Under the pieces are notes generated by a model. It was not told the DNA's origin. It did no database searches and saw only the letters and a program-made list of their open reading frames with translations. From Eledone cirrhosa (taxonomy: Eukaryota), in contig CAXHJY010000007.1 of assembly GCA_964016885.1 (NCBI GenBank), forward strand, positions 1-64,000: DNA of 64,000 nt, in the 5' to 3' direction. Shown here piece after piece: positions 17,866 through 30,169 of this stretch (positions within the stretch are counted from its first letter, which is position 1; every line of letters starts with the position of its first letter). Made by a program: the position numbers and the translations under genes.

Positions 17866-17912
17866 AATACGAAACGGGTGACGCTTTAGCAATATACATC
17901 AGTTTAGCATGA
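17866..17912 (+). CDS. Host gene terminal coding exon D (EYETGDALAIYISLA*)
   Basis: Long polypyrimidine tract ending ttcag, phase 1 matches exon C, TGA at 17910-17912. Confidence 0.7.
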
Positions 17913-18165
17913 ACAAGTGCATGGGTACCAAATTGTAGAAATGTGTTTCTATACTATCATATATTTTTTTTGTTATAGCTAAAAGAATTAACATATAGCA
18001 TAATTTTTGTATTGAGTTATTCACACACGCACACCTATGTGTGTGTGTGTGTGTGTGTGTGCCTCTCAGTGAATGTGTGTGTGTGAATATGTCTGTGTGT
18101 GCGTATTTAAACACCATTTGAGATTGGATGCCCTCAAATGAGAATCTGGTTTTGCTTCATTAACA

Positions 18166-18244
18166 AGTCTGATGAGCAGATTGGGGCTGGAGTCGGGTCT
18201 ATAATATGGATCTTGAGCCTCCCATTTGTGAAACATTCGTTACT
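18166..18244 (+). ncRNA. Hammerhead ribozyme (type I) in a Penelope-type remnant split by the Gypsy insertion
   Basis: AGT-CTGATGA-GCAGAT..GGGGCT/AGCCTC..ATTTGT-GAAAC-ATTC-GT-T-ACT; decayed paralogue at 62234-62318. Confidence 0.65.
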
Positions 18245-18551
18245 GAGACTAATCAATAAAAACTTCAATGTGAAACCTCGTTTTGTTCTTCTTGTAATGA
18301 GAAATCTACTGCACTTACCGCAATTCTGCTAGCTCACTCAGCGAGCTAGCCTCATCCACGTGGGTATGATCCGTCGCCAGTTGCAGCTACCATTCGCACG
18401 TCCGTTCGTCGCGGGTCACAGACGAAAGAGGGCCCTCAGATGCTCCTGGGTACGCATCTCACGTCACTTCCTCTTCCGCATCCGGTCGATCGTCCCCAGA
18501 TTCCGGTCACCTCCTCCACACCACCACACCATCTCCACACGACCACTGATC

Positions 18552-21376
18552 TCAAGGATCAATCTCCCCCTCACACTGCTGCATGTGATAATCTGCCGTC
18601 CAGCCGGGCGGTCGGCGATCTCGCTGTGATCTCTGTAATGTTAGGGCGGCGCTTTGGATTTCCTCTTCCTCGGAGTCCGTCGACACAACGACTCTACGGA
18701 CATCCAGGATATAACGTGGCACTCCGTCCGCGGACACGTTATTCTGGGAATTTACGGCCGTTACCGTTCGCTTTCCCCATTGAGATGTGCAACGTGCGTC
18801 TGGGGACTTAACCCAGACTTCTTCGCCCACCTGTACGAATGAGTTCTCTCTCTCCACTGGCCGTTGTGGTACAGTGCACGGGTGCCGCCACTCGTATCTG
18901 TATATTGCTCTGTGTGGCACCGATTCCTTAGCCTGTCCCACCCGAGGGGACATGTTGTACCAAAACACTGCCTCCATTGGTGAGATGTGCCCTCGCTCCA
19001 CCATTGCTTTGATTGTGCGGTGGTCTCGCTCCACGATTCCATTTCTGCTCGGCCTGTACGTTGCTCTGAAGAAGCGGTCCACCTTCCACCCATCAAGCAT
19101 CTCCCTCAGTGCCTCCGGGCGGAACGCTGCGCTGTTGTCCATCAGCAGTTCATCCACAGGGCCCCGCTCCAGGAATATCTCTCTCAACGTCCGTGTGATT
19201 TCCTCCGCAGTCCCCGTCTTCATTTCCCTCCATATCGCCATCCGTCCCAGTCCAGAGTCAACCATCGAGAGGTATGTTCCCTGTCGGTAGTCCACCGCCA
19301 ATCGCTTCCAGTTGCGATCCACCGGGAGACTTCCCGTCTCGTGCACACCCGGGGCGGGATCGATAGACTGAAATCGGACGCAGCCTCTAACCACTCTCTG
19401 GACATGTCGGAGTTGATTCTCCTAGCTAGGAACAGGGTCCTATCCACTCCCATGTGTTGCATGTCATGCAACCCTTTAAGTTCCGACTTGCTCAGCCGAC
19501 ACACCGCAGCTATCCCCTCTTCTACATCCTCCGGCGCTTCCATCCAGGCTTTCTTCACCCTGGTTAGAACGTCTGCTCTATTTTTCTCTGAGGGCACGAA
19601 GACCACACTCAACCTCAGGTCGAACTCGGCGGCCAGCTCTCCTAGAGTTCCCAGGCGGCGCTTTATCAGCATTTCCGCTGCCTCTCTCGTTCGCACACTC
19701 TTCTCACTGGTAAGCACTGAGCTCACTCATCCGAGTACAGTGACTGAGTCGGTGCGAATCTCAACGGTGCACAGTCCCCACTTCAATGCGAGGTTCACCC
19801 CTCTCAACACCGCGTCCAGCTCGGCCACATTGATGTGGTTGCAATCATCCTTCTTCCTGAGCCAGGCTGCATCCTCGACCTCGACACCTCCTATCTCCAG
19901 CGTGACACCTAGCGCTATGCTGCTGGCATCACACCATACGGTCCCGCTCTGTGATTCGGGGGTCATACCAGCGTCCTCGCACCGGGTCGTCAGCCTTCAC
20001 CCTCCCCCACGATCTCCTGCATCATGGCCACCGTCCTCTCTCCCACTTTGTCACTCCAAGTCACCCCATCCGCTCGTCTCTTGACATAGCTGCATGCCGT
20101 CCGGAGCCACCCAGCTATTGAGTAGTGACCCAGCTATTTTCCACACGCCGAGAAGAGTTCCTGTCTATTCATATTTGGGCCCAGTTCCGGGACTTCATTT
20201 CCCCTCCGAAATACTAACGTGCCCGTCTTATCTCTTCGCAGCCTAAGTCCCAGCGCGGCCCCTCCCTCCAACGCATCCGACGGCTTCGCAGTCAATCCGT
20301 ACCCTTGTAAATGGCTCGTGACCACCGCCGCCGACACTACAGTCTCATCCACTAGGATGTCGTCGATGTAGGAATTGGTAGCCCTCTTCATCTTGTCGGC
20401 TTTTCCCAGAATGGTCTTGAGGACCGCCGCCATGATCTTCGGTGCAGAGTTCAGCCCGAAGCCGAGCCTGGTCAGGCAATATGTCTGGCCCTTATACCTG
20501 ACCAGCTGATACTGCCACAGCTTCTCCTCCACGTGTAGCTGTAAATATGCCGACTTTAAATCGACGATTCTGGAAGCCCCCGTCATACGTCTCCACTCAC
20601 GCAGGGTTTCCCCGCAGACATCCGTGACCTCGCCACCTGTGTGGCACAACACGTGCTCATTCAGCTCCCGAAAGTCCAATACCGGTTTCATCTTGTTCTT
20701 CGTGGGTTGCGTCACCGCCATTAACGGCAGTACCCCACACTTCACCTCCTCTTTCCAGGGAAGCAGTATGCCCTCCTCGATCCATCACTTTACCTCTCGC
20801 TCTTAGTGTCTCCTTTCAATGTGTGCTGATCGCGGCCCACTTTGTTCTTCAGTGTTGGTGGTTCTCCCTTCCAGTACCACTCAACAACCCATCGTTGCCC
20901 ATCGAACACGGCCTTGAAGTCCTTATCCTGTACAGTGTAAGCGGCATATTTTTCCTCGTGGGCCTTCTCGTTCTCCCAGCGCATACCAGTGGGGCGCCGC
21001 CAAAAGTCACACCGTCATCGTTCACTGTGATGCCTCCTAAACGGCCAATCGCGTCCATGCCCATAACTACGCCGAATCCATCCACCACGCAGTCGACCAC
21101 AATGGCCGAAAGCCTTATTTTCTTTCCCCGTACCACCATCTCCACCTCGCTGCGACCTCCACATTCAATCTCCCTACCGTCAACTGCCTTTACGCTACTC
21201 TTCCCTCTCCACTTCTGCACCACCCCCGTAGTCACTAGTGTCGTCGTACAGCCCGTGTCCACGAGAGCTCGTAATGGCTTTCCCCTCACAAAGACTTTTA
21301 CCACGGGCAGGGCCTCTACTCGCGAGGGGTAGCTACCGGCGCAGTAGCCCCCATTGGACCATTTCGCTGGTCGCAA
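18552..21376 (-). pseudogene. pol: Gypsy pol (protease, RT, RNase H, integrase), frameshifted
   Basis: ALVDTG, DLKSAY, FGLNSAP, YIDD, CDAS, LMDN..NGIVER motifs spread over several ORFs. Confidence 0.92.
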
Positions 21377-22080
21377 CTGGTAGCGATGTGGCTAGGCCGC
21401 TTACACCGGTACCAAATTATGTCCGGCCTTGACTCTCTACAGTCTCTCGCCATGTGCGCGCCATGGCACCTAAAACAATGACCTCTAAACGTTCTCGGGC
21501 GACTGCGCGCCGTGTTTGTCTCCCTTTCGCCATTTCGCTGTCGGCTGCCCTGGGCCTCCGTCGCTGCTATTACCGCAACACTCTTCTTGACATCCTTTGC
21601 TATGATACAGGTTTGCTCTACCAGTGCACGCATCTCCATTTCCTTGTAGCCAGGTATTTGCTGCAGTTTCACCGCGATGTCATCCGGAAATCCGTTTATG
21701 AACGCCAACCGCACCGCATGTTCGCATTCCACCTGAAACCCAGCCAGCATGGCTAATTGCCTTATCTCCGCTGCAAAAATATCCACACGCTCACCGTTCC
21801 ACCTAATCCTTGCCAGCTTAGCAAACGCGGTAAGCGGTCCTTCCGCGAACGCTTCCATCATACGCCTCTCAATTTTTTGCGCGTCCCTCTGGCTGAGGTC
21901 GTCCATCTCGCGGTACAACGCTAGCGCGTCGCCTTCGAGATAGAGTGCGATGAGGCCAGCTACATCGTCTATCTTTTGTAGCTCACCGACCAGCCGAACC
22001 TTTTGCATCCAGGCGACAACGTCACCTTCACCGGTAAAAGCTCTAATTACTTCTCCGCTCATCCGTAATCTCGTCGCCAT
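21316..22080 (-). pseudogene. gag: Gypsy gag with two zinc knuckles
   Basis: CFRCHGAHMARDC and a decayed WYRCKRPSHIATSC. Confidence 0.85.
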
Positions 22081-22624
22081 CCCCTTAGACCTGCCGTAAT
22101 TAACAAACAACAGAATCCTCTCTGTTTTCCAGTAGCTTTGTCTTAAAAAAAAAATTCCTCCTGTTTTTTTTTGTTTTTTTTTCAATTGTAAGTTTTCAGA
22201 TGCCGAAATAGCTTGTAATGAGAAAGAGCTATTGCACTTACCGCAATTCTGGTAGCTCACTCAGTGAGCTAGCCTCATCCACGTGGGTATGATGCGTTCG
22301 CCAGTTGCAGCTCGCATTCGCACGTCCGTTCGTCGCAGGTCACAGCCGAAAGAGGGCCCACAGATGCTCCTGGGTACGCATCTCACGTAACTTCCTCTTC
22401 CGCCTCCGGTCGATCGTCCCCAACTTCCGGTCACCTCCTCCACATCACCACACCATCCCCACACTTCTTAATGTATATACTCTGCTATAGTATAGAGGGC
22501 TAATATTAGTACTTTTCTCTGTAAACTACAAATCTATTAAATCACCTAATATATATATACACATACACACATATATATGTGGATGTTTATATATATGCAT
22601 ATATATATATGTATATATGTGTGT

Positions 22625-23705
22625 ATCCAAGATACCTCAACATGTCCCACAATGCACTACGATTAACAGAAAGGTAGATTTTGGTAAGGTCCACAAATAC
22701 TTGGTATAGTGGCACTTGCTGCTCAACACACTTCTCCACTGACGCGCGGAGAAAATCCTGTACTCAGTACCCTGTCCAACTCTGAAACCACACTGCGTCT
22801 CAGTGATGACACCAGAGCAGATCTATTTTATTAGACAATTCAGCAAAACCCGGGAAAATAGATTTATACCACAATATTCACTGCATTCAGACTTGGAGCC
22901 CTTGCACAAAATTGCATCTACATTCGTGAATTTGTTGGAATATTTAAACAAACTCAATCAAAATATGAAAGCAAAAGTGAAGTTTAATGGGACACTTTCA
23001 GAGCCAATTTCAGGTAGAAACGGCATACCTGCACCTACTCTGCAAAGCGACATACTTGCACCTACTCTGTTTTCCACCTACTTCACCGTACTATTGACAT
23101 ATGCCACCCAAAACTTTGACATCGGTGTATACTTACGAATTAGAACTTCTGGCAACGTCATTAATCTATGACATTTTAACACTCTTGTTAGGGAGTTTCT
23201 GTATTCCGATGATGCAGATTTTGTAGCAGACATTGTAGAGGATATGTAGTGATATTGGACAACTTTCCCATGCATGCACAAGGTGGGAAAGTGTATATGG
23301 AGCCAGACATTTTCGCCAGAGGAAAAAGATATGAGGTTGTGGACAGCTTTGTGTATCTTGGAAGTACACTTAGTAGAGATGGTACTCTTGATGCAGAAAT
23401 AGATCACAGAATTCTGAAAACGAGACTTGCTTTCGGGAAGCTTGAGAAGCGAGACTGGTCAAATCGTGGTATCACGAAAAACACAAAGCTCTCTGTGTAT
23501 GAAACGTGTGTTCTTACAGCCCTGCTATACGGATGCGAAGCGTGGATAACTTACAGGCATCATATCAGACAGTTGGAAAGATTTCATCAGCATTGAATAC
23601 AACGCATCCTGAACATCAAGTGGTCCTCTACACACCAGATGTTGCTGTACTCGAGAAAGCAGGCAGCACCTGTATTGAGAGGAGAATTATTATTGCCAAC
23701 GGTGT
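22625..23705 (+). pseudogene. RTE (BovB-like) LINE copy with an inverted 5' segment (22625-22805 minus; about 22900-23705 plus)
   Basis: Minus part ETQCGFR..EKCVEQQVPLYQVFVDLTK..LRYLG; plus part FVNLL..LAPTLFS..YSDD..YLGS..LLYGCEAW. Confidence 0.8.
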
Positions 23706-23749
23706 AGGTGCTGGTATGTCCCCTTGTTTTATCCCATGTTCATCAAAAA

Positions 23750-26237
23750 TGGGATCTGGTACCTGTCCACCTATATTGATGCAAGCTTGCATACAATCTT
23801 GAAAACCTCTCAGAATTGATACGAACTTGTTAGGGACAACTGAGCTTAGTCATAATCTTCCATAAGGCAGTCCTATACACCGTGTCAAATACATTTGCCG
23901 TGTCAACAAAGACATTCCCTGTTCAAAGTACTTCAGAATTTGCATCACAAAGAAGATCATGTCATGTCTGTTGTTAATTTGCCACTTCTAATGCCACACT
24001 ACAACTCAGGAAGAACATTGACAGTGACGTTATCAAGCAATCTGATTTTACACAAGACTTTTCCATAGCTAACAGCAGAGCTATCCCACGATAATTATTA
24101 CAATTATCCATTGCACCTTTTCTTCTATAAAGCACCACCATCAATGCATCTTTCCAGTCTTGGGGAACGGTTTCTTCCTCCGAAACCTTACGTATCAGGT
24201 TTGTAGGAAGTCAAAGAATTTTTCGACTTCCACATTTCAGTACCTCAGCACAAATACCATTTCCTGGTAACTTCCATTATTGAGTTGTTTTACAGCCACT
24301 TTCATTTCCCCCATGATCGGATTTTCTGCTAGTACATCATTTGTAGCCCATTAGGAATTGAGTCAATAGATTCCCCATTGACCTGCGAAGGCCTAATCAA
24401 AAGTTAATTGAAGTGTTTCCTCCACCTCAAAAGTATGTCCTTTGTGCCTCTAAACAATTCGTTGGCCTTTTGAGATTTCTGAGGTGCTATTGGAGAAGAA
24501 TAATGACCATAGATTTTTCGTAATAAGCTATAAAGTGTTATTGGAATCACCTGCAACCTTAATCTCCTTCGCTTTACTTCTCTACCATGTATATTGCATG
24601 CTACAGAGCTTGCGCTATAAGTTAACCTTCACTTCCTTCAACATTTCATTCCTTCCAGTTTGTTGCCCTTCTGCAAGCACTCTCATCATCGTTGTCTTCT
24701 TTTCATTAAGTAGCACTTGAATCTCTTCGTCATTTTCATTATACCAAGCTTGATGTTTCCTGTCAATAAAATCAAGAACAGATGCCGAAGTTTCATAAAT
24801 CTTCCCATGAGACATCAAACTGAATTCCATTTAATATTCTCGCCAGCTCATCTTTTATTGAAGCATTTTTAATCAAAGCAATATTTAATTTCTTTGTAAC
24901 AACACCATTTACTTGTGTTTTCGGCTTTACTACAAGTTTTACCTTAGTGAGAACAAAACGATGGTATATCTGGCATTCAGCTCCTCGCAAAACACGGACA
25001 TCGCAGATGTCTCGAAAATCACGCCGACGCACAAGAACAAAATCTATCATATGCCACTGCTTTGAATCTGGATGCATCCAGGTTGTCTTGTGTTTCTCCC
25101 TGTGCTGGAAGAAAGTGTTAGCTATGCAATGACTTAGCTCCTGGCACATCTGCAGGAGTAACAACCCATTGCTATTACATTTTCCAATCCCATGTTTTCC
25201 AATCATATCCCAAGTTCTGTGGTCCTTTCCAACCCTAGCATTAAAATCCTCAGGTATGAGAATTTTATCTGATCGGGAGATCTTCCGGACAAGTTCTTTT
25301 AAGGAAAGATAAAATGGCAGCTTTTCGTCATCTGTAGCGCACATAATCGAAGCATATGCACTCATGAATGCAACGAAGCTATTTTTTCGATAGTGGAATT
25401 TTTATAGAAATGAGCCGATCAGAGAAGCCACAGGGAAACTCATCTCGTCTGGAACCAATTGTATTTTTATCAGCAAATGACACTCCAGGCTCTTTCCTAC
25501 ATCCTTCTGACATTCCACTCCAATAAAAAGAGTATATCCACCAGACCTTTCCTGAAAATGACCCTCCTCCACAAACCTGGTTTCAGACAAGGCTACAACA
25601 TCCATGTTATCACATTGAAGCTCTTTCGCCATAAGTGCTGACCCTCTTTCAGGACGAGACTATGTAGGTTCATGGTCTAACAATGTCCGTACATTCCAGC
25701 AACCAAAATTAAAATGGCTTGGTTTAGGTTTTGGTTTAATCGCAGTAGCCGGATGACGACCGGGCCCAAACTGCAGTGCCCCGGGCACCAGCCGAGTCAG
25801 ATCCTTTTCACTTCTTGTTCTGGAGCCCTTGTTGCCATTGATTAATATATCACTGTTGTGGGGCTGGGGAGCCGGAAGTGCAAGGGAGTCTTGCCTGAAG
25901 TGCAAGCCATATCTCCCTTTTGTGCGAATGAGTGTATGAGTTTTGCTGTTCTCGGGATAGGCGCGAAGCAGGTGAGCATCATACAGGTAGATTAGGTCCG
26001 GATACGAGTGTAGACGCAAAGGCAGGGCCCTTCGCTTCTTACGACGAGTTATTTTGGCTGGTGTAGCCAGCCTCCAAATTTCTACCAGGTACACGTCCAC
26101 TTGCTCTCCTATCAAGTTTCAGATTTTACATCAGAGTTTTCCTTCTGGAATAATGTCCTTACAAGGACCAGGGTCTTTCACTCCAGTAGGCTAACCGCAC
26201 ACTCGGAAACCAAACCGAATATTTCCATATCCCCCCA
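23750..26237 (-). pseudogene. RTE (BovB-like) LINE, 5' UTR plus APE endonuclease plus start of RT, decayed
   Basis: GCWNVRTL, ALSETR, DFNARVG, TWMHP..WHMIDFVL motifs; GAAGGAAAACTCTGA in the 5' UTR. Confidence 0.88.
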
Positions 26238-26570
26238 CGCGCGCGCACACATACACAAACACACATACACAAACACACAAACACACACACACACACACAT
26301 ACACAAAAAAACACAAACACAAACCTCGGTACACAAACAATCTTCCCCTTAACATAAAATGTCTCAAGTCACGAACTGTGTCTCGAGGAACGAATACGCA
26401 AACCGACAAAGGAGTTGGCAACAAGCTTGGAGTATCAGCGAGAAAGTGTCACTTGCTGTGTAGTTGGTTACTTTGGTGATATGTATCTGTCTTTCCAACA
26501 CACTCTCTCACTGCATTTCTCTCTCAACATTTCATATGCTAATGAACGGCCTATATATATATATATGTAT

Positions 26571-26617
26571 ATTCCTGATGATTTCTAAAGAATGAAACAG
26601 TTCTAGTCCTGTAGAAT
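26571..26617 (+). ncRNA. Hammerhead ribozyme motif in a small insert between (TA)n tracts
   Basis: ATTC-CTGATGA-T-TTC/TAAA/GAA-T-GAA-ACAG/CTGT-A-GAAT. Confidence 0.6.
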
Positions 26618-26882
26618 CTCATCTATATTAAAACTTTTATACTTTTATACTCTGCTATGTATTGAGTACCTTACTTACTGTGGTTACCTCCGATTCAACC
26701 CGGAATAACGTACCTATATATATATATATATATATAACCAAATGTTAATAAGGTTCATTGATTACTCAATTAATATAGTTTTACAATAGATTAAAAGCAC
26801 TCAACAGAAAAAGGGTTTCTGGGGTTATTAATATTATTCAAAATATTAATAAATGAAGACGTTCACATAATCAAAATATATG

Positions 26883-26944
26883 TTTTATTATATATATTTC
26901 GGAGATACTGTGCTGTTTTTCCAGTACGTCCTCATCAGATAAAA
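26883..26944 (-). ncRNA. Hammerhead ribozyme in the inverted pLTR of the Penelope-like element
   Basis: TTTTAT-CTGATGA-GGAcGTACTG..CAGTATcTCC-GAA-AT-ATAT-AT-A-ATAAAA: 6-bp helix I, palindromic tetraloop on a minimal helix III. Confidence 0.78.
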
Positions 26945-28124
26945 TACATGAATTGATGTATGACATACCTCAACTGTCTTGATGGTTCAATTCCAGTCTT
27001 GGTAGTGATTTATTACAACAAAACTCAATATTTATATACCACAAGAAATAACATGACAAACTAAATATGATGAAGAGAAGGATGTGGAACGAGATATAAG
27101 TATCAGGAGGGGGTGAGTATGAGAAAATATAGAAGAAATAAATAAACCTATAAGTACATAAATGTTAAAATGTTTCAATGCGTAAATATCCATGTTAGAG
27201 AAGAAATAGAAGAGAGAGAGAGAGTGCTAAATAGAAGAGAAGAGGGAAAAAAAGATAAAACGTTGAAGATAAAAAGAAGGAGGGAGAGGGAGATAAAAGA
27301 GAGGATGGAATACATAACTGCAATAGGAAAGAACGAAAGAAAGAAAGAAGAAAGGGACATGATGCATGACCGTTGTTTTCAAATATTAAGTCAGGTAGAA
27401 GCGACCAATTAAATACCGTGAAATTTTTACTATCTATTGTATTTGGTTATGTTTGAGCAAATTATACTAATATATTATATCAAAATTAAAATATTTTCAA
27501 TGATTATCAGAAGCATAGTTAAATTAATAAATATATTCAATATTTTGTTACAAAATTAAAAAATCAGAGACATTTTTACCTACCAATGAAGTTTACAAAC
27601 ATAGTAAATATGTATGAGGATATTTATCATAACTTAATCGCATATCACCATCTGTATATGCATTTTATATAATGTTTAGAATTATTAACATTATAAACAT
27701 TACAAACAGTTTAAATCAATAGTTGCCAATTACATATAGGATTAATAGTTATATTTACTCTTGAAGGTATTATTATTTCGATTCAACCAAATCTTACTAT
27801 ATGCAACAGTATAAATTATGTTAAATATAAAGAAGAAACAGAAGAGAGAGAGAGTGCTAAATAGAAGAGAAGAGGGAAAAAAAGATAAAAATATGAAGAC
27901 AAAAAGGAGGGAGAGGGAGATAAAAGAGACGATGTAATACAACTGCAATAAGAAAGAAAGAAAGAAAGAAAGAAACATGATGCGTGACCGTTGTTTTCAA
28001 ATATTAAGTCAGGTAGAAGCGACCAATTAAATACCGTGAAATTGTTACTATCTATTGTATTTGGTTATGTTTGAGCAAATTATACTAATATATTATATCA
28101 AAATTAAAATATGTTCAATGATAA

Positions 28125-29814
28125 CACCGTATAACAAAAAAGAAATGTTTCTCTGTTCCTGGCTTGTAATCACTTTTTTTGTGCTGCTTAGGTCCCAAAT
28201 AAATAAAAAAAAGTGCTATTAAACAGAATTATTTGTATGCTGGATTTTACGTTGTATGTAAGTTTAATTTGCTTATGTTAAATGATTTTTTTAATATATG
28301 TTTCAGGTTAAATTAAAATTATAAAATAAAGAGTAATACCTAAAGAAAATTATAAAAGTGCAATAAAGTATAAAATTGTTAAAAAGTGGATTAAAGAGAT
28401 TTATTGATACTGGATTTTCGCACCCTGAATAAAGGGTAAGTTGTGTTTTAAGCATTCGTCTCCAGGATCAAGCAATGGAACTTGATCAAGGAGGAAGTGC
28501 AGGTGACAAGTCAGAGAAGTCGACACGAACCTTTCTCAGGCTTTTATACTCTTGGGGATGGCCTCTGCTTCTGCCATGACGTGCCTGGACTGTTTGACGT
28601 TATTGGGGTGCCGTTTGGCGGCTATTTATAGACAGCTCCACCACAAGTTTGAAGGCTGTCCTCCTCCACAATGGAAACAAGTTCCCGACACTGCCCCTAG
28701 CTCATTCAGTCTGCCTGAAGGAAGATTACTACAGTGTGAAAGTCCTCTTGGAAGCTCTGCAATACAACCAGTAACATTTGAAAATCATTGGAGACTTCAA
28801 GATGGTGGCTTTCCTGCTTGGACACCAAGGAGGCTTTAACAAATTCCAATGCTTCCTCTGCCTTTGGGACAGCAGAGCCACATCTGACCACTACAAAAGA
28901 AAGAACTGGGAGCAGCGAACATAATTTGTAGTTGGGACCCGGAACGTCATGTGGGAGCCACTGGTTGATCCCAGGATTGTGCTCATGCCGCCACTGCACA
29001 TTAAGTTGGGGTTGATGAAGCAGTTTGTGAAGGCTCTCAACCAAGAATCAGCCGCTTTTAAGTACCTTCTTGAGTTCTTCCCCAAGTTATCTGAGGCCAA
29101 AATCAAAGGTGGAATTTTTGTTGGACCTCAGATAAAGAAGGTGTTTGAGTCTACCGAGTTCTCCAATAAGCTCAATAGGATTGAGAGAACAGCATGGAAC
29201 TGTTTCAAGGCAGTTGTTAAGGGCTTCCTGGGCAACTACAGAGCTGAAAACTTCCAGCAACTGGTGCAGGATCTGATAAAGGCTTTTGGCGCCATGGGAT
29301 GCAGGATGTCGCTTAAACTCCATATGCTGGACGCTCACCTGGAAATGTTCAAGGACAATATGGGCGCCTACTCAGAAGAACAAGGCGAACGATTCCACCA
29401 AGACGTGAAAGAGATAGAGCGGGGGTACTAGGGCCACTACAATGAGAAAATGATGGGGGACTATATCTGGGGGCTAGTGCGGGAATGCAACCTGGACTAC
29501 AACCGCAAATCCAGGAAATCCAGTTATTTCTGACGTGTATAAGTTGCTTTATAAGTGTTATTTGTTTTTACTTGTTTGCTTTTGATAAGCTTGTGTAATA
29601 AAATAAATATATACTCTGTTGATTTAATTATATGAACTGATAAATTTTTTTTAAATGTGTTTTTTCTTGAAAAATATGAAAATTTTGAAATATCAAACTT
29701 CTTACCACAAAACCAAACTTCTGATAAAATAATAGTGTTTTTTTATAATAATGGGATATAATATACCAGGAAATGATACTTAGAACCCGGGAACAAATAA
29801 TATGTTAGACGGTG
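28125..29814 (+). mobile_element. Chapaev3-type (CMC) DNA transposon, internally deleted
   Basis: CACCGT(A/C)TAACA terminal inverted repeats; inserted at a TWA site (the empty site TGATTATCAG is seen in the duplicate copy); transposase PLHIKLGLMKQFVKAL...SEEQGERFHQD at 28949-29533. Confidence 0.85.
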
Positions 29815-30169
29815 AATCAGAAGCATAGTTAAATTAATAAATATATTCAATATTTTGTTACAAAATTCAAAAATTAGAGACATTTTTACCTACCAATGAA
29901 GTTTACAAATATAGTAAATATGTATGAGGATATTTATCATAACTTAATCGCATATCACCATCAGTATATGCATTTTATATAATGTTTAGAATTATTAACA
30001 TTATAAACAATACAAACAGTTTGAATCAATAGTTGTCAATTACATATAGGATTAATTAATAGTTATATTTACTCTTGAAAGTATTATTATTTCAATTCAA
30101 CCAAATCTTACTATATGCAACAGTATAAATTATGTTAAATATACATTATTTATCCGTTTGGATAAAACC

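Larger units (their letters stand above)
18293..22463 (-). mobile_element. Full-length decayed Ty3/Gypsy LTR retrotransposon (LTRs 22214-22463 and 18293-18539)
   Basis: TG...CA LTRs, 5-bp TSD CTTCT, gag-PR-RT-RH-IN order. Confidence 0.95.

Noticed and set aside
18987-20084. 365-aa plus-strand ORF
   Set aside because: Antisense shadow of Gypsy pol with no independent motifs
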